A stretch of 64,000 nucleotides of DNA, taken from assembly GCA_017465575.1 (NCBI GenBank), contig JAFTVX010000015.1, positions 15,835-79,834 of the forward strand, read 5' to 3'. Shown one piece after another: positions 1 through 7,540 of the stretch. The position numbers and the translations under genes are program-made. The notes beneath the pieces were generated by a model. That model was given only the letters and a program-made list of their open reading frames with translations, was not told the origin of the DNA and did not search any database. Source of the stretch: Alistipes sp. Lineage in GTDB: Bacteria; Bacteroidota; Bacteroidia; Bacteroidales; Rikenellaceae. Every line of letters begins with the position of its first letter. Position 1 is the stretch's first letter.

Positions 1-37
1 AGCTACCTACTCGATATCCTTTAAGCCAAAATGTGAT

Positions 38-70
38 GGGCTAACCTTGAACGGGGTTAGCCCTTTTTTT
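38..70 (+). terminator. Rho-independent terminator of an upstream (off-window) + strand gene
   Basis: Perfect 9-bp stem GGGCTAACC (38-46) / GGTTAGCCC (55-63) followed by T7 (64-70). Confidence 0.8.
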
Positions 71-86
71 ATTGAATTATTTTGCG

Positions 87-94
87 TATCTTTG
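87..94 (+). promoter_or_regulatory. Bacteroidetes-type -7 promoter box (TAnnTTTG) for maf
   Basis: TATCTTTG lies 25 nt upstream of the maf ATG and matches the Bacteroides sigma-AB -7 consensus TAnnTTTG. Confidence 0.6.
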
Positions 95-118
95 CCCATA
101 TATTGAACACAGGCAAAA

Positions 119-736
119 ATGCTACTACAAGATAAACTAAAATCATACACCGTAATACTCGCCTCGGCATCGCCACGAAGGCGTGAACTGCTTAAGGCAG
201 CGGGAATTACATACCGTTTGGCCGAAAAGTTTGAGTGCGACGAGACATACCCTGCAACGCTTCCTGCCGAGGAGGTTGCACCCTATCTCTCGTTGCTCAA
301 GAGCCACTCCTACCCCACGCCACTTGGCTACGGTCAGCTGCTCATCACCGCCGACACAACGGTAATCCTCGGCAACGAGGTACTTGGCAAGCCCGCCAAC
401 GAGGAGGAGGCAAAGGCTATGCTTCGCAAGCTATCGGGCAGAGAACACTCCGTGATTACGGGCGTTACGCTCCGTATGGATAACCGTGCGCAGACCTTCT
501 CGGCACGCTCCGTAGTGCGCTTCACCGACCTCACGGACGACCAAATCAACTACTATATCGAGAACTACCACCCATTAGACAAAGCGGGTGCCTACGGCAT
601 TCAGGAGTGGATAGGCTATGTAGGTATCGAGCGTATCGAGGGCTCGTTCTTCAATGTTATGGGTCTACCGATACAGCGCCTATGCCGTGAGATTGAGGCA
701 TTTATCGAGGAGTTGCCATCGTGCTGCTGCTACTAA
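119..736 (+). CDS. maf: Maf-like nucleoside triphosphate pyrophosphatase (septum formation protein Maf)
   Basis: 205-aa ORF with the ILASASPRRRELL N-terminal motif and the DKAGAYGIQE motif typical of Maf/YhdE proteins. Confidence 0.85.
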   Translation: MLLQDKLKSYTVILASASPRRRELLKAAGITYRLAEKFECDETYPATLPAEEVAPYLSLLKSHSYPTPLGYGQLLITADTTVILGNEVLGKPANEEEAKAMLRKLSGREHSVITGVTLRMDNRAQTFSARSVVRFTDLTDDQINYYIENYHPLDKAGAYGIQEWIGYVGIERIEGSFFNVMGLPIQRLCREIEAFIEELPSCCCY

Positions 737-746
737 TATGAGTTTT

Positions 747-830
747 TAATTATTAGTTGTTAGTTGTTAGAATACCTCCGCTGAAAAAACATTTTAACCC
801 ATAGTAACTCATTTTAACTCATAGTAACCC
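747..830 (+). repeat. A-type intergenic word repeat (copy 1): TTAGTTGTTAG words + CCGCTGAAAAAACATTTTAAC core + CATTTTAAC/GTAAC words
   Basis: Begins 11 nt after the maf stop codon. It shares its core and word structure with the copies at 2950-3045 and 51106-51182. Confidence 0.8.
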
Positions 831-873
831 AAAACATCCACCTCCCAACACCGCACATTTAATCTAAAACTAT

Positions 874-2898
874 ATGAAACGAACCTTACTTATCATCGCG
901 TTGCTCTTTGCAACGACATTTTCGGCATTTGCCGACAAGGGTATGTGGCTGCCGTCGCTTATCTCGTCGCGCATCAAGGATATGAAGTCTAAGGGCTTCA
1001 AACTCTCTGCCGAGGACATTTATTCTATTAACCAAGCATCGTTGAAAGACGCCGTGGTGTTGTTTGACGGCGGTTGCACAGGCGAGATTGTATCCGAAAA
1101 GGGCTTGCTTCTCACCAACCACCACTGCGGTTACGACGCTATTCAGGCGCTCTCGTCTGTCGAAAATGACTACCTCACCAATGGCTACTGGGCGCAGTCT
1201 ATCGCCGAGGAGCTACCCTGCCGAGGTCTTAAAGTAGACATCCTCGTGCGTATGGAGGAGGTTACCGACCGCCTTGCAGCAGGCGAGACGAAGGCCGACA
1301 TCATCGCCAAGGCTGAGGCAGAGGGCGTAGGCTACCGCGCAACGGTGGAGTCGATGTACTACGGCAATATCGCCTACCTCTTTATCTACCGCCAGTACTC
1401 CGATGTACGCCTTGTGGGCACACCTCCTACCACTATCGGTAAGTTTGGTGCCGACAACGACAACTGGATTTGGCCACGCCACACTGGCGACTTCTCAGTT
1501 TTCCGCATCTATGCCAACGAGAACAACGAGCCCGCAGAGTATAGCCCCGCCAACAAGCCCTACAAACCTGCACGCCACTTCAAGATTTCGACCGAGGGCA
1601 TCAACGAGGGCGACTTCACGATGATTTACGGCTTCCCCGGCAACACCCAGGAGTATATCACCTCGGATGCCGTGGAGTATATCGCCGAGACCTCTGACCC
1701 CACGAAGATTGCACTCCGTACCCAGCGCCTCGATATCATCGGTGCTGCACAGGCGCAGTCGCCCGCAGTGCGTATTCAGTATGCTGCCAAGCACGCCAAT
1801 ATCGCCAATGCTTGGAAGAAGTGGCAGGGTGAGGTCAAGGGCATCAACCGCCTCGGCACCTACTCAAAGAAGGTGGCATACGAGGAGCGCTTCCGTAAGG
1901 AGAATCCCGAGAAGGCATACTTGCTCGACTCACTCGCTGCGGCCTACGAGCGTAACCGCGAGGGCTATTTCAACTACGAACTCTACACCGAGACCTTGCG
2001 TGGCATCGAGCTTCAGCAGGTGGTGAATATCGCCCGCTCAACACGCCTTAGCGATGAGCAGAAGATGGCAGCTGCCGAACTCTTCTACAAGGACTTTGTC
2101 GTTGCCGTAGACCGCGATTTGGCAAAGGCGATGCTTAAGGCATACGCCGAGATGGGCACATTTATCTCTGCGGAGTTGAAGGCTTTGTTCGAGGCACACG
2201 GCGGTGCCGAGGGCTATGCCGAGTGGCTCTACGACAACACCAAGTTGGGCACTATCGAGGGCTTCGACCTCGCAACTATCGAGAGCGACCCCGTAGCCGC
2301 ATTTGTCGATGCCGTAGCACCTATCCAGCAGCGCATCCGCCCCTACACCTACCGCAACTTCAGCAACATTCCCGATATCGAGCGTTGGTTCCGCCCCTAT
2401 GTCAAGGCGTTGATGGAGTGGGATAAGAAGCGCGCCTTCTTCCCCGATGCCAACCTCACCTTGCGTGTTGCGTATGGCAAGGTTGCAGGCTATGAGTATG
2501 CCGATGGCGAGTACCACTTGCCACAGACCACCTTGGAGGGTATCATCGCCAAGGATAACCCCGATATTTACGACTACAATGTGCCACAGTCGTTGCGCGA
2601 TGCCTATGCCAAGAAGGATTATGGTCGCTGGGGCGTTGAGCTTAACGGCAAGTACACCGTGCCTGTATGCTTTATCGCCACCAACCACACCACAGGCGGT
2701 AACTCAGGCTCGCCCGTTTTGAACAAGTATGGCGAGTTGGTAGGTATCAACTTCGACCGCACTTGGCTCTCAACGATGTCCGACATCGAGTTCGACGAGA
2801 CCCTCTGCCGCAACATCATCTGTGACATCCGCTATGTATTGTTCGTTATCGACAAGGTCGGTGGCGCCAAGTGGATTATCGAGGAGATGGGAGTGTAG
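874..2898 (+). CDS. S46 family dipeptidyl-peptidase (DPP7/DPP11-like serine peptidase)
   Basis: Signal peptide followed by DKGMWLP. Has the GLLLTNHHCG (His) and TTGGNSGSPV (Ser) motifs characteristic of peptidase family S46. 674 aa. Confidence 0.85.
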   Translation: MKRTLLIIALLFATTFSAFADKGMWLPSLISSRIKDMKSKGFKLSAEDIYSINQASLKDAVVLFDGGCTGEIVSEKGLLLTNHHCGYDAIQALSSVENDYLTNGYWAQSIAEELPCRGLKVDILVRMEEVTDRLAAGETKADIIAKAEAEGVGYRATVESMYYGNIAYLFIYRQYSDVRLVGTPPTTIGKFGADNDNWIWPRHTGDFSVFRIYANENNEPAEYSPANKPYKPARHFKISTEGINEGDFTMIYGFPGNTQEYITSDAVEYIAETSDPTKIALRTQRLDIIGAAQAQSPAVRIQYAAKHANIANAWKKWQGEVKGINRLGTYSKKVAYEERFRKENPEKAYLLDSLAAAYERNREGYFNYELYTETLRGIELQQVVNIARSTRLSDEQKMAAAELFYKDFVVAVDRDLAKAMLKAYAEMGTFISAELKALFEAHGGAEGYAEWLYDNTKLGTIEGFDLATIESDPVAAFVDAVAPIQQRIRPYTYRNFSNIPDIERWFRPYVKALMEWDKKRAFFPDANLTLRVAYGKVAGYEYADGEYHLPQTTLEGIIAKDNPDIYDYNVPQSLRDAYAKKDYGRWGVELNGKYTVPVCFIATNHTTGGNSGSPVLNKYGELVGINFDRTWLSTMSDIEFDETLCRNIICDIRYVLFVIDKVGGAKWIIEEMGV

Positions 2899-2919
2899 AG
2901 AGCAAAGAGCAAAGAAAAG

Positions 2920-2951
2920 GAGCAAAGATTTTCGGGTCTTTGCTCTTTTTT
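2920..2951 (+). terminator. Rho-independent terminator of the S46 peptidase gene
   Basis: Stem GAGCAAAGA (2920-2928) / TCTTTGCTC (2937-2945) followed by T6. Confidence 0.8.
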
Positions 2952-3045
2952 AGTTGTTAGTTTTTAGTTATTAGTTATTAGAGAAATTCCGCTAAAAAAA
3001 CATTTTAACTCATTTTAACTCTTCGTAACCCATTTTAACTCATTA
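2950..3045 (+). repeat. A-type intergenic word repeat (copy 2)
   Basis: TAGTTGTTAG/TTAGTTATTAG words, then the TCCGCTAAAAAAACATTTTAAC core, then three CATTTTAACTC words. Homologous to 747-830 and 51106-51182. Confidence 0.8.
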
Positions 3046-3076
3046 GAGAGAGTGTGCGTTGTTAGTTGTTAGTTTT

Positions 3077-3157
3077 AAGACCAATAAGACCTTAGGACAT
3101 TAAGACCATTAGGATTTTTCTCCTATCGTCTTTTCGTCTTACTTGTCCTATCGTCTT
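3077..3157. repeat. Long imperfect hairpin built of AAGACC/TAGGAC words and their complements
   Basis: The left arm AAGACCAATAAGACCTTAGGACATTAAGACCATTAGGA and the right arm TCCTATCGTCTTTTCGTCTTACTTGTCCTATCGTCTT flank a TTTTTC loop. The arms pair with a few mismatches or bulges. Confidence 0.6.
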
Positions 3158-3203
3158 AAAAATCTCATTGCTAACTGCTAATTGCTAATTTCTCATTGCT
3201 CAT

Positions 3204-3237
3204 TAAAAAGCAAGGGCTGACCCGCGGGTCAGCCCTT
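3204..3237 (-). terminator. Rho-independent terminator of the 11-mer-repeat protein gene
   Basis: Perfect palindrome AAGGGCTGACCCG/CGGGTCAGCCCTT (3212-3237), directly after the stop codon at 3242 and followed on the minus strand by GCTTTTT. Confidence 0.8.
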
Positions 3238-3241
3238 CACT

Positions 3242-3487
3242 TTACTTCTTCTGCTTGTTGTACTCCTCCATCAGGCTCTTGCCGATGTTTACCGCAGTCT
3301 CCTCGACCGACTTGTAAGAGTCCACCGTGGCATTCTCCACAGCCTTGTAGCCATCTACCACCGCATTCTCCACAGCCTTGTAGCCATCAACCACCGCATT
3401 CTCAATCGCCTTGTAGCCACCAACAACCGCATTCTCAATCGTTACATAGGTCTTTACTGCAACCTCTTTAACCGTCTTCTTTGTCAT
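3242..3487 (-). CDS. Small hypothetical protein made of tandem 11-residue repeats (ENAVVxGYKAV)
   Basis: ATG at 3487 (MTKKTVKEV...). It has about 4.5 copies of an 11-aa repeat encoded by a 33-bp DNA tandem repeat, followed by a terminator. The upstream extension of the ORF to 3565 is unlikely. Confidence 0.65.
   Translation of the reverse strand: MTKKTVKEVAVKTYVTIENAVVGGYKAIENAVVDGYKAVENAVVDGYKAVENATVDSYKSVEETAVNIGKSLMEEYNKQKK
3297..3450 (-). repeat. 33-bp tandem repeat (about 4.5 units) inside the small repeat-protein gene
   Basis: Units run 3330-3362, 3363-3395 and 3396-3428 (GCATTCTCCACAGCCTTGTAGCCATC.ACCACC), with degenerate flanking units. Confidence 0.85.
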
Positions 3488-3623
3488 AATTCTTACTCTT
3501 TTATAGTTTAACTTTGTTTCGATGGTGCAAAGGTAGGGCATCGAGCCACACGAATAAAGTGCCAAAATTCCGATTTAGTGGACTATTATTCCGATAGGCT
3601 TGCAACATATCACCCAAAAGTCG

Positions 3624-3631
3624 TATCTTTG
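3624..3631 (+). promoter_or_regulatory. -7 promoter box (TATCTTTG) for the AraC-family gene
   Basis: Perfect TAnnTTTG 20 nt upstream of the ATG at 3651. It lies inside the TTG-extended ORF (3600), which argues for the 3651 start. Confidence 0.6.
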
Positions 3632-3650
3632 TGGAGTAAAAGGCGTATTT

Positions 3651-4517
3651 ATGACTTTATCACAGACAATCGAAAGTTACATTCGTGGTGGCCATCGTGG
3701 CACTATCCACTCTATGGGCGATGAGTTCTCCGTTATCGACAACCCATCGTTTGCCATACTACCGAACCACCCCCACCGCTCGCCACTTATTGCTGCGGTA
3801 TACTGCCGTGGTGGTCGTGGCACAGGGCGCATCAATGCCAAGACCTTCGACCTCGAGGCGGGGGGTTTCTTTATCGTGTTGCCCGGGCAGATTACCGAGA
3901 TGGTAGATATCAGCCCCGACTTCGAGGCGAGCTATATCCTTATGTCCGAGGAGTTTACCTCTTCGCTCACGATAGGCAATAGCTTTAACCTTCGCAATGT
4001 CGTTACCGAAAGCCCTTACACCCAACTTTCGGCAGAGGCACAGCGCGCCTTGGAGGACTATATCTCGATGAGTTGCAATACGATAGCTACGGAGCAGAAC
4101 CCCCACCGCTTGGAGATTTTGCGCCTTCTGACCCACGCCTTCTTTCTCGGTATGGGCTACTTTCTGCATAGCGCAAAAAAGGAGAGCGACGACCGAGGCA
4201 CACGCCTTACCGACGACTTCCTGCGCCTTGTCGAGGAGAACTACCGTGACCACCGCGACCTAAGGTTCTACGCCGAGCAAATGGGTCTTACGCCCAAATA
4301 TATCTCCACTACCATCAAGCAGGCGAGTGGCAAGAGTGCCACGGAGTGGATAGAGCGCTATGTGATGCTCGATGCCGTTACGCTCCTCACCTCCACCGAC
4401 CTTGCAATCAAAGAGATAGCTTATACTCTCAACTTCCCCTCGCCCTCGTTCTTCGGCAAATACTTCGCCCGCATCGAGGGCATCAGCCCCGCCCAATACC
4501 GCAAGAAGTACAAATAG
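3651..4517 (+). CDS. AraC family transcriptional regulator
   Basis: C-terminal double HTH region (FYAEQMGLTPKYISTTIKQASGKSATEWI...IKEIAYTLNFPSPSFFGKYF), typical of AraC/XylS. The N-terminus is a cupin-like sensor domain. Confidence 0.85.
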   Translation: MTLSQTIESYIRGGHRGTIHSMGDEFSVIDNPSFAILPNHPHRSPLIAAVYCRGGRGTGRINAKTFDLEAGGFFIVLPGQITEMVDISPDFEASYILMSEEFTSSLTIGNSFNLRNVVTESPYTQLSAEAQRALEDYISMSCNTIATEQNPHRLEILRLLTHAFFLGMGYFLHSAKKESDDRGTRLTDDFLRLVEENYRDHRDLRFYAEQMGLTPKYISTTIKQASGKSATEWIERYVMLDAVTLLTSTDLAIKEIAYTLNFPSPSFFGKYFARIEGISPAQYRKKYK

Positions 4518-4521
4518 AAAA

Positions 4522-4545
4522 GACAGACCCGAAGGTCTGCCTTTT
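4522..4545. terminator. Bidirectional terminator between the araC-like gene and parE
   Basis: Stem GACAGACC/GGTCTGCC (one mismatch) with a CGAA loop, flanked by an A-run (left) and T4 (right). Confidence 0.7.
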
Positions 4546-4548
4546 ATC

Positions 4549-4851
4549 TTATTCCATAACTCTATGTTTCAGATCCATCATCTGATGCAATATTCTAATA
4601 ACCAGGATATCATCATTAGCAAGAATACGATAGAAGATAATGTGCCTATTTGCCCTGAAGCCATAAAGCCCATCAACTATTTCTTCATATTTTAAGCCAA
4701 AAAGTCGAGGATTTTCCGTAATCTTACGGCAAGCATTGACAAGCATATTGTAGTATAAATCTGCTTGCTGCTCCGACCAAGTAGTCTGTGTATAGTTCCA
4801 AATATTATCTAAGTCCTCAACTGCCTTATGGGTCAGATAGTATTTAGCCAT
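4549..4851 (-). CDS. parE: Type II toxin, RelE/ParE family (ParE-like)
   Basis: 100-aa ORF overlapping the upstream antitoxin gene by 8 nt. Its N-terminus (YYLTHKAVEDLDNIWNYT) and FYR...I.IIRILH C-terminal pattern are typical of ParE toxins. Confidence 0.8.
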   Translation of the reverse strand: MAKYYLTHKAVEDLDNIWNYTQTTWSEQQADLYYNMLVNACRKITENPRLFGLKYEEIVDGLYGFRANRHIIFYRILANDDILVIRILHQMMDLKHRVME

Positions 4852-5089
4852 TAGTTCTCCGAGCTTTTAGCATTTTGAGGTGCTCTTCTGGGTTAAAATC
4901 CGAGGCAATACCGCTATCAACGCCCTCGGCAATCGCCATTTTCAACTCTTGTATGTGGCTCTCATTCTCCTCCAATAAGCGCAACCCGGCTCTAATCACT
5001 TCACTAGCGTTATTGTATCTACCCTGCTCAATTTTGGTTCTGATAAAGTTCTCGAAATATGTTCCGAGTGCAACCGATGTCGTTTTCAT
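4844..5089 (-). CDS. parD: Type II antitoxin, ParD/CopG ribbon-helix-helix family
   Basis: 81-aa ORF from the ATG at 5089 (MKTTSVALGTYFENFIRTKIEQGRYNNASEVIRAGLRLLEE), typical of ParD antitoxins (COG3609). A GTG at 5107 is a less likely start. Confidence 0.8.
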   Translation of the reverse strand: MKTTSVALGTYFENFIRTKIEQGRYNNASEVIRAGLRLLEENESHIQELKMAIAEGVDSGIASDFNPEEHLKMLKARRTNG

Positions 5090-5106
5090 AGTGATATAAT
5101 TTTTCA

Positions 5107-5133
5107 CAAAGTTACCAATATTTGGTAACTTTG
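5107..5133. promoter_or_regulatory. Perfect 12-3-12 palindrome overlapping the parDE -7 box; candidate ParD operator
   Basis: CAAAGTTACCAA-TAT-TTGGTAACTTTG. On the minus strand the left arm reads TAACTTTG (-7 consensus), 18 nt upstream of the parD ATG. Confidence 0.6.
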
Positions 5134-5149
5134 CAAATTTTTCACCAGA

Positions 5150-5725
5150 TTATTTTATATCAAAGTCGAGCATCGTTCGCTCGCCTATCTTTAGTTTGAT
5201 ATTATCGCCCACAGCGATATCGAACTTTTCGGGAGAGCCGAGGAAGATAAGGTCGCCAATGCGGAGGGTCATCTTATCCGAGAGGTGGCTCACTACCCTA
5301 TCCGCCGAAAAGCGCATCGTGTCGACCGACCAGCGCAGGCGCTCTATATTATTTATATATAAGGTAGCCCCTTGCAACATATCATCGCGCTGGAGCGTAT
5401 CGAGCGACAGAGCCGACGAGTGGTCGAAGCCCACAGCCTCATCCCACGGCAGGCCCTCACGGCGTGCCTCCTCCAACCTATCTATCGCCGTAAATGTTAC
5501 GCCCGCCATAACGCCATCGATGCAGCGAGGAGCAAAGCGCTCGCCTATGCACTTTGCCAAGCGCGCAACTTTAAGCACGATATGTGGCTCGGCAACGATA
5601 CGACCCACACCATCGGGGATATAGAATGCGTCGTTGTTGCGCAGTAGCGCAGTATCGGCTTTGAGATAGAAGCGGGGCGATTCTCCCTCTGCCGAGTAGC
5701 TATTTATTATATTTATCAGTTTCAT
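5150..5725 (-). CDS. Fumarylacetoacetate hydrolase (FAH) fold family protein
   Basis: 191-aa ORF. The C-terminal pattern (LRIGDLIFLGSP...AVGDNIKLKIGE) resembles the FAH/HpcE-type C-terminus. Its start overlaps the lpxB stop (ATGA). Confidence 0.5.
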   Translation of the reverse strand: MKLINIINSYSAEGESPRFYLKADTALLRNNDAFYIPDGVGRIVAEPHIVLKVARLAKCIGERFAPRCIDGVMAGVTFTAIDRLEEARREGLPWDEAVGFDHSSALSLDTLQRDDMLQGATLYINNIERLRWSVDTMRFSADRVVSHLSDKMTLRIGDLIFLGSPEKFDIAVGDNIKLKIGERTMLDFDIK

Positions 5726-6849
5726 CGTTTTAGACTCTTTACCATATCCTTAGCAAAACGCTCGCTTGCGCCCTCGCCACCAATCATCTGGCTTAGTTCC
5801 CCAAAGTCTTGGAGCATTTTTATTCTTTTTGCTCCTCCCTCCAAGATAGCCTCAACTTCACGGCGCACCTCCTCCATATCGAGTTTAGCACATACCAACT
5901 CTCGCACCGCCTCACGGTCGAGGTTGATATTTACCAGTGATACATATGGTATCTTCAGCACATAGGGGCGCAAAATCTCATAGAGCTTTGGCACACGGTA
6001 GAGCACCACTTCGGGTATGCCCATAAGTGCCGTTTCGAGGGTTGCCGTACCCGATGTCACTATTGCAGCCTCTGCCATAGCCAAGGTTTCGTGGGTCTGC
6101 GAGCATACATACCTAACATCGCTACCCGCAAGGTACTCATCATACAACGCCTTGTCGAGCCAATCTACTGCCGCAACGACAAATTGCTTATCGGGGAAAA
6201 GTCGCGAGATAGCGACCATATTCGGCAGATTCTCCTTAATCTCCGAACGGCGACTACCTGCCAACAAGGCTACGATAGGTCGCTCGTCAAGACCATTGCG
6301 CTCCAAGAACTCCTCACGCGATGGCAACTTAGCGTGTCGCTCGGCGATATCGTCAACCAACGGATTGCCCTCGAAGTGGGGCAATATGCCGTGGCCACGG
6401 AAATATTCGCTCTCGAAGGGAAAGATGGTGTAGAGCCTATCGACATACTTGCGCAAGCCCTTAACACGCCACTCCTTCCACGCCCACACCTTGGGTGCTA
6501 TGTAGTAGAATACCTTTGTGCCTCGCTCATGCGCCCACTTGGCGATACGCATATTGAACGATGGATAGTCTACCAATATCACAACATCGGGGTTGAACTC
6601 CTCAATATCGCGCTTAACGGCATCTATCTGACGAAAGATAGTGCGTAGGTTTCGTAGCACATTGGCAAAGCCGAAGAACGACATATCGCGGTAGTGAAAG
6701 AGCATACCCTCGCCACCCGCAGCCGCAAGCATACGCTCGCCACCGCAGAAGCGAAAGCGTGCATCGGTATCCTCATTACGGATACCACGCATCAACTTCT
6801 CGGCATGAAGGTCTCCCGAGGGCTCACCAGCGATGATATAGTACCTCAT
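5722..6849 (-). CDS. lpxB: Lipid-A-disaccharide synthase
   Basis: N-terminal MRYYIIAGEPSGDLHAEKLM motif, about 375 aa, typical LpxB (GT19). Confidence 0.9.
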   Translation of the reverse strand: MRYYIIAGEPSGDLHAEKLMRGIRNEDTDARFRFCGGERMLAAAGGEGMLFHYRDMSFFGFANVLRNLRTIFRQIDAVKRDIEEFNPDVVILVDYPSFNMRIAKWAHERGTKVFYYIAPKVWAWKEWRVKGLRKYVDRLYTIFPFESEYFRGHGILPHFEGNPLVDDIAERHAKLPSREEFLERNGLDERPIVALLAGSRRSEIKENLPNMVAISRLFPDKQFVVAAVDWLDKALYDEYLAGSDVRYVCSQTHETLAMAEAAIVTSGTATLETALMGIPEVVLYRVPKLYEILRPYVLKIPYVSLVNINLDREAVRELVCAKLDMEEVRREVEAILEGGAKRIKMLQDFGELSQMIGGEGASERFAKDMVKSLKR

Positions 6850-6850
6850 C

Positions 6851-7528
6851 TTACTTCTCTATTAGGTCGGGGCGCAATGCCTTTGTTCGGCGCCACGCCT
6901 CCTCGTCTTGCCACTTCTCAATCTCGGCAAAGTTGCCCGAGAGCAGTACATCGGGCACCTTCCAGCCGTTAAACTCCGCAGGGCGGGTATATACAGGGGG
7001 TGCTAACAGATTATCCTGAAAGCAGTCGGTAAGTGCCGAAGCCTCATCACCAATAGCACCAGGAATGATGCGCACCACCGAGTCGGCAATAACGCAAGCT
7101 GCCAACTCACCACCCGTCAGCACATAGTCGCCAATCGAAATCTCGCGAGTGATAAGATGCTCGCGGATGCGGTAGTCGATGCCCTTGTAGTGGCCACACA
7201 GGATGATGATATTCTTCATCAGCGAGAGGCGGTTGGCCTCGTGCTGGTTGTAGGTGATACCATCGGGCGAGGTGAAGATAATCTCGTCGTAGTCGCGCTC
7301 CGACTTGAGCTTCTCGATACAGCGATACACAGGCTCAATCTTCATCACCATACCCGCCTCGCCACCGAAGGGGTAGTCATCGACCGTGCGACGCTTATCG
7401 TCGGTGTAGTCGCGAAGGTTGTGAACATATATCTCGGCGTGTCCCGACTCCTGCGCACGCTTCAAAATCGACTCGTTAAGAGGCGATGCCAACAGCTCGG
7501 GGACAACCGTAATAATATCTATACGCAT
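6851..7528 (-). CDS. trmD: tRNA (guanine37-N1)-methyltransferase
   Basis: [14 protein letters not shown]-terminus and the [12 protein letters not shown]-binding knot region. 225 aa. Confidence 0.9.
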   Translation of the reverse strand: MRIDIITVVPELLASPLNESILKRAQESGHAEIYVHNLRDYTDDKRRTVDDYPFGGEAGMVMKIEPVYRCIEKLKSERDYDEIIFTSPDGITYNQHEANRLSLMKNIIILCGHYKGIDYRIREHLITREISIGDYVLTGGELAACVIADSVVRIIPGAIGDEASALTDCFQDNLLAPPVYTRPAEFNGWKVPDVLLSGNFAEIEKWQDEEAWRRTKALRPDLIEK

Positions 7529-7540
7529 AGCGTTTGGGGT

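Noticed and set aside
2950-3205. Possible CRISPR array, suggested by the many short repeated words.
   Set aside because: There is no constant-length repeat alternating with unique spacers. The words are 6-11 nt, degenerate and arranged as inverted arms, and no cas genes are present in the window.
3196-3471. Plus-strand 91-aa ORF with repeated PQPCSH / PPHS units.
   Set aside because: It is the antisense reading of the 33-bp tandem repeat in the 3242-3487 gene. It has no start context, and the minus-strand gene has a proper terminator.
3600-3650. TTG-initiated N-terminal extension of the AraC-family ORF. Similar TTG/GTG extensions exist at 5107, 21152, 22225, 40880, 42581 and 50200.
   Set aside because: In each case an in-frame ATG shortly downstream gives a better N-terminus (signal peptide or family-typical start). 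For 3600 and 50200 the extension would also overlap a -7 box or the upstream small ORF.
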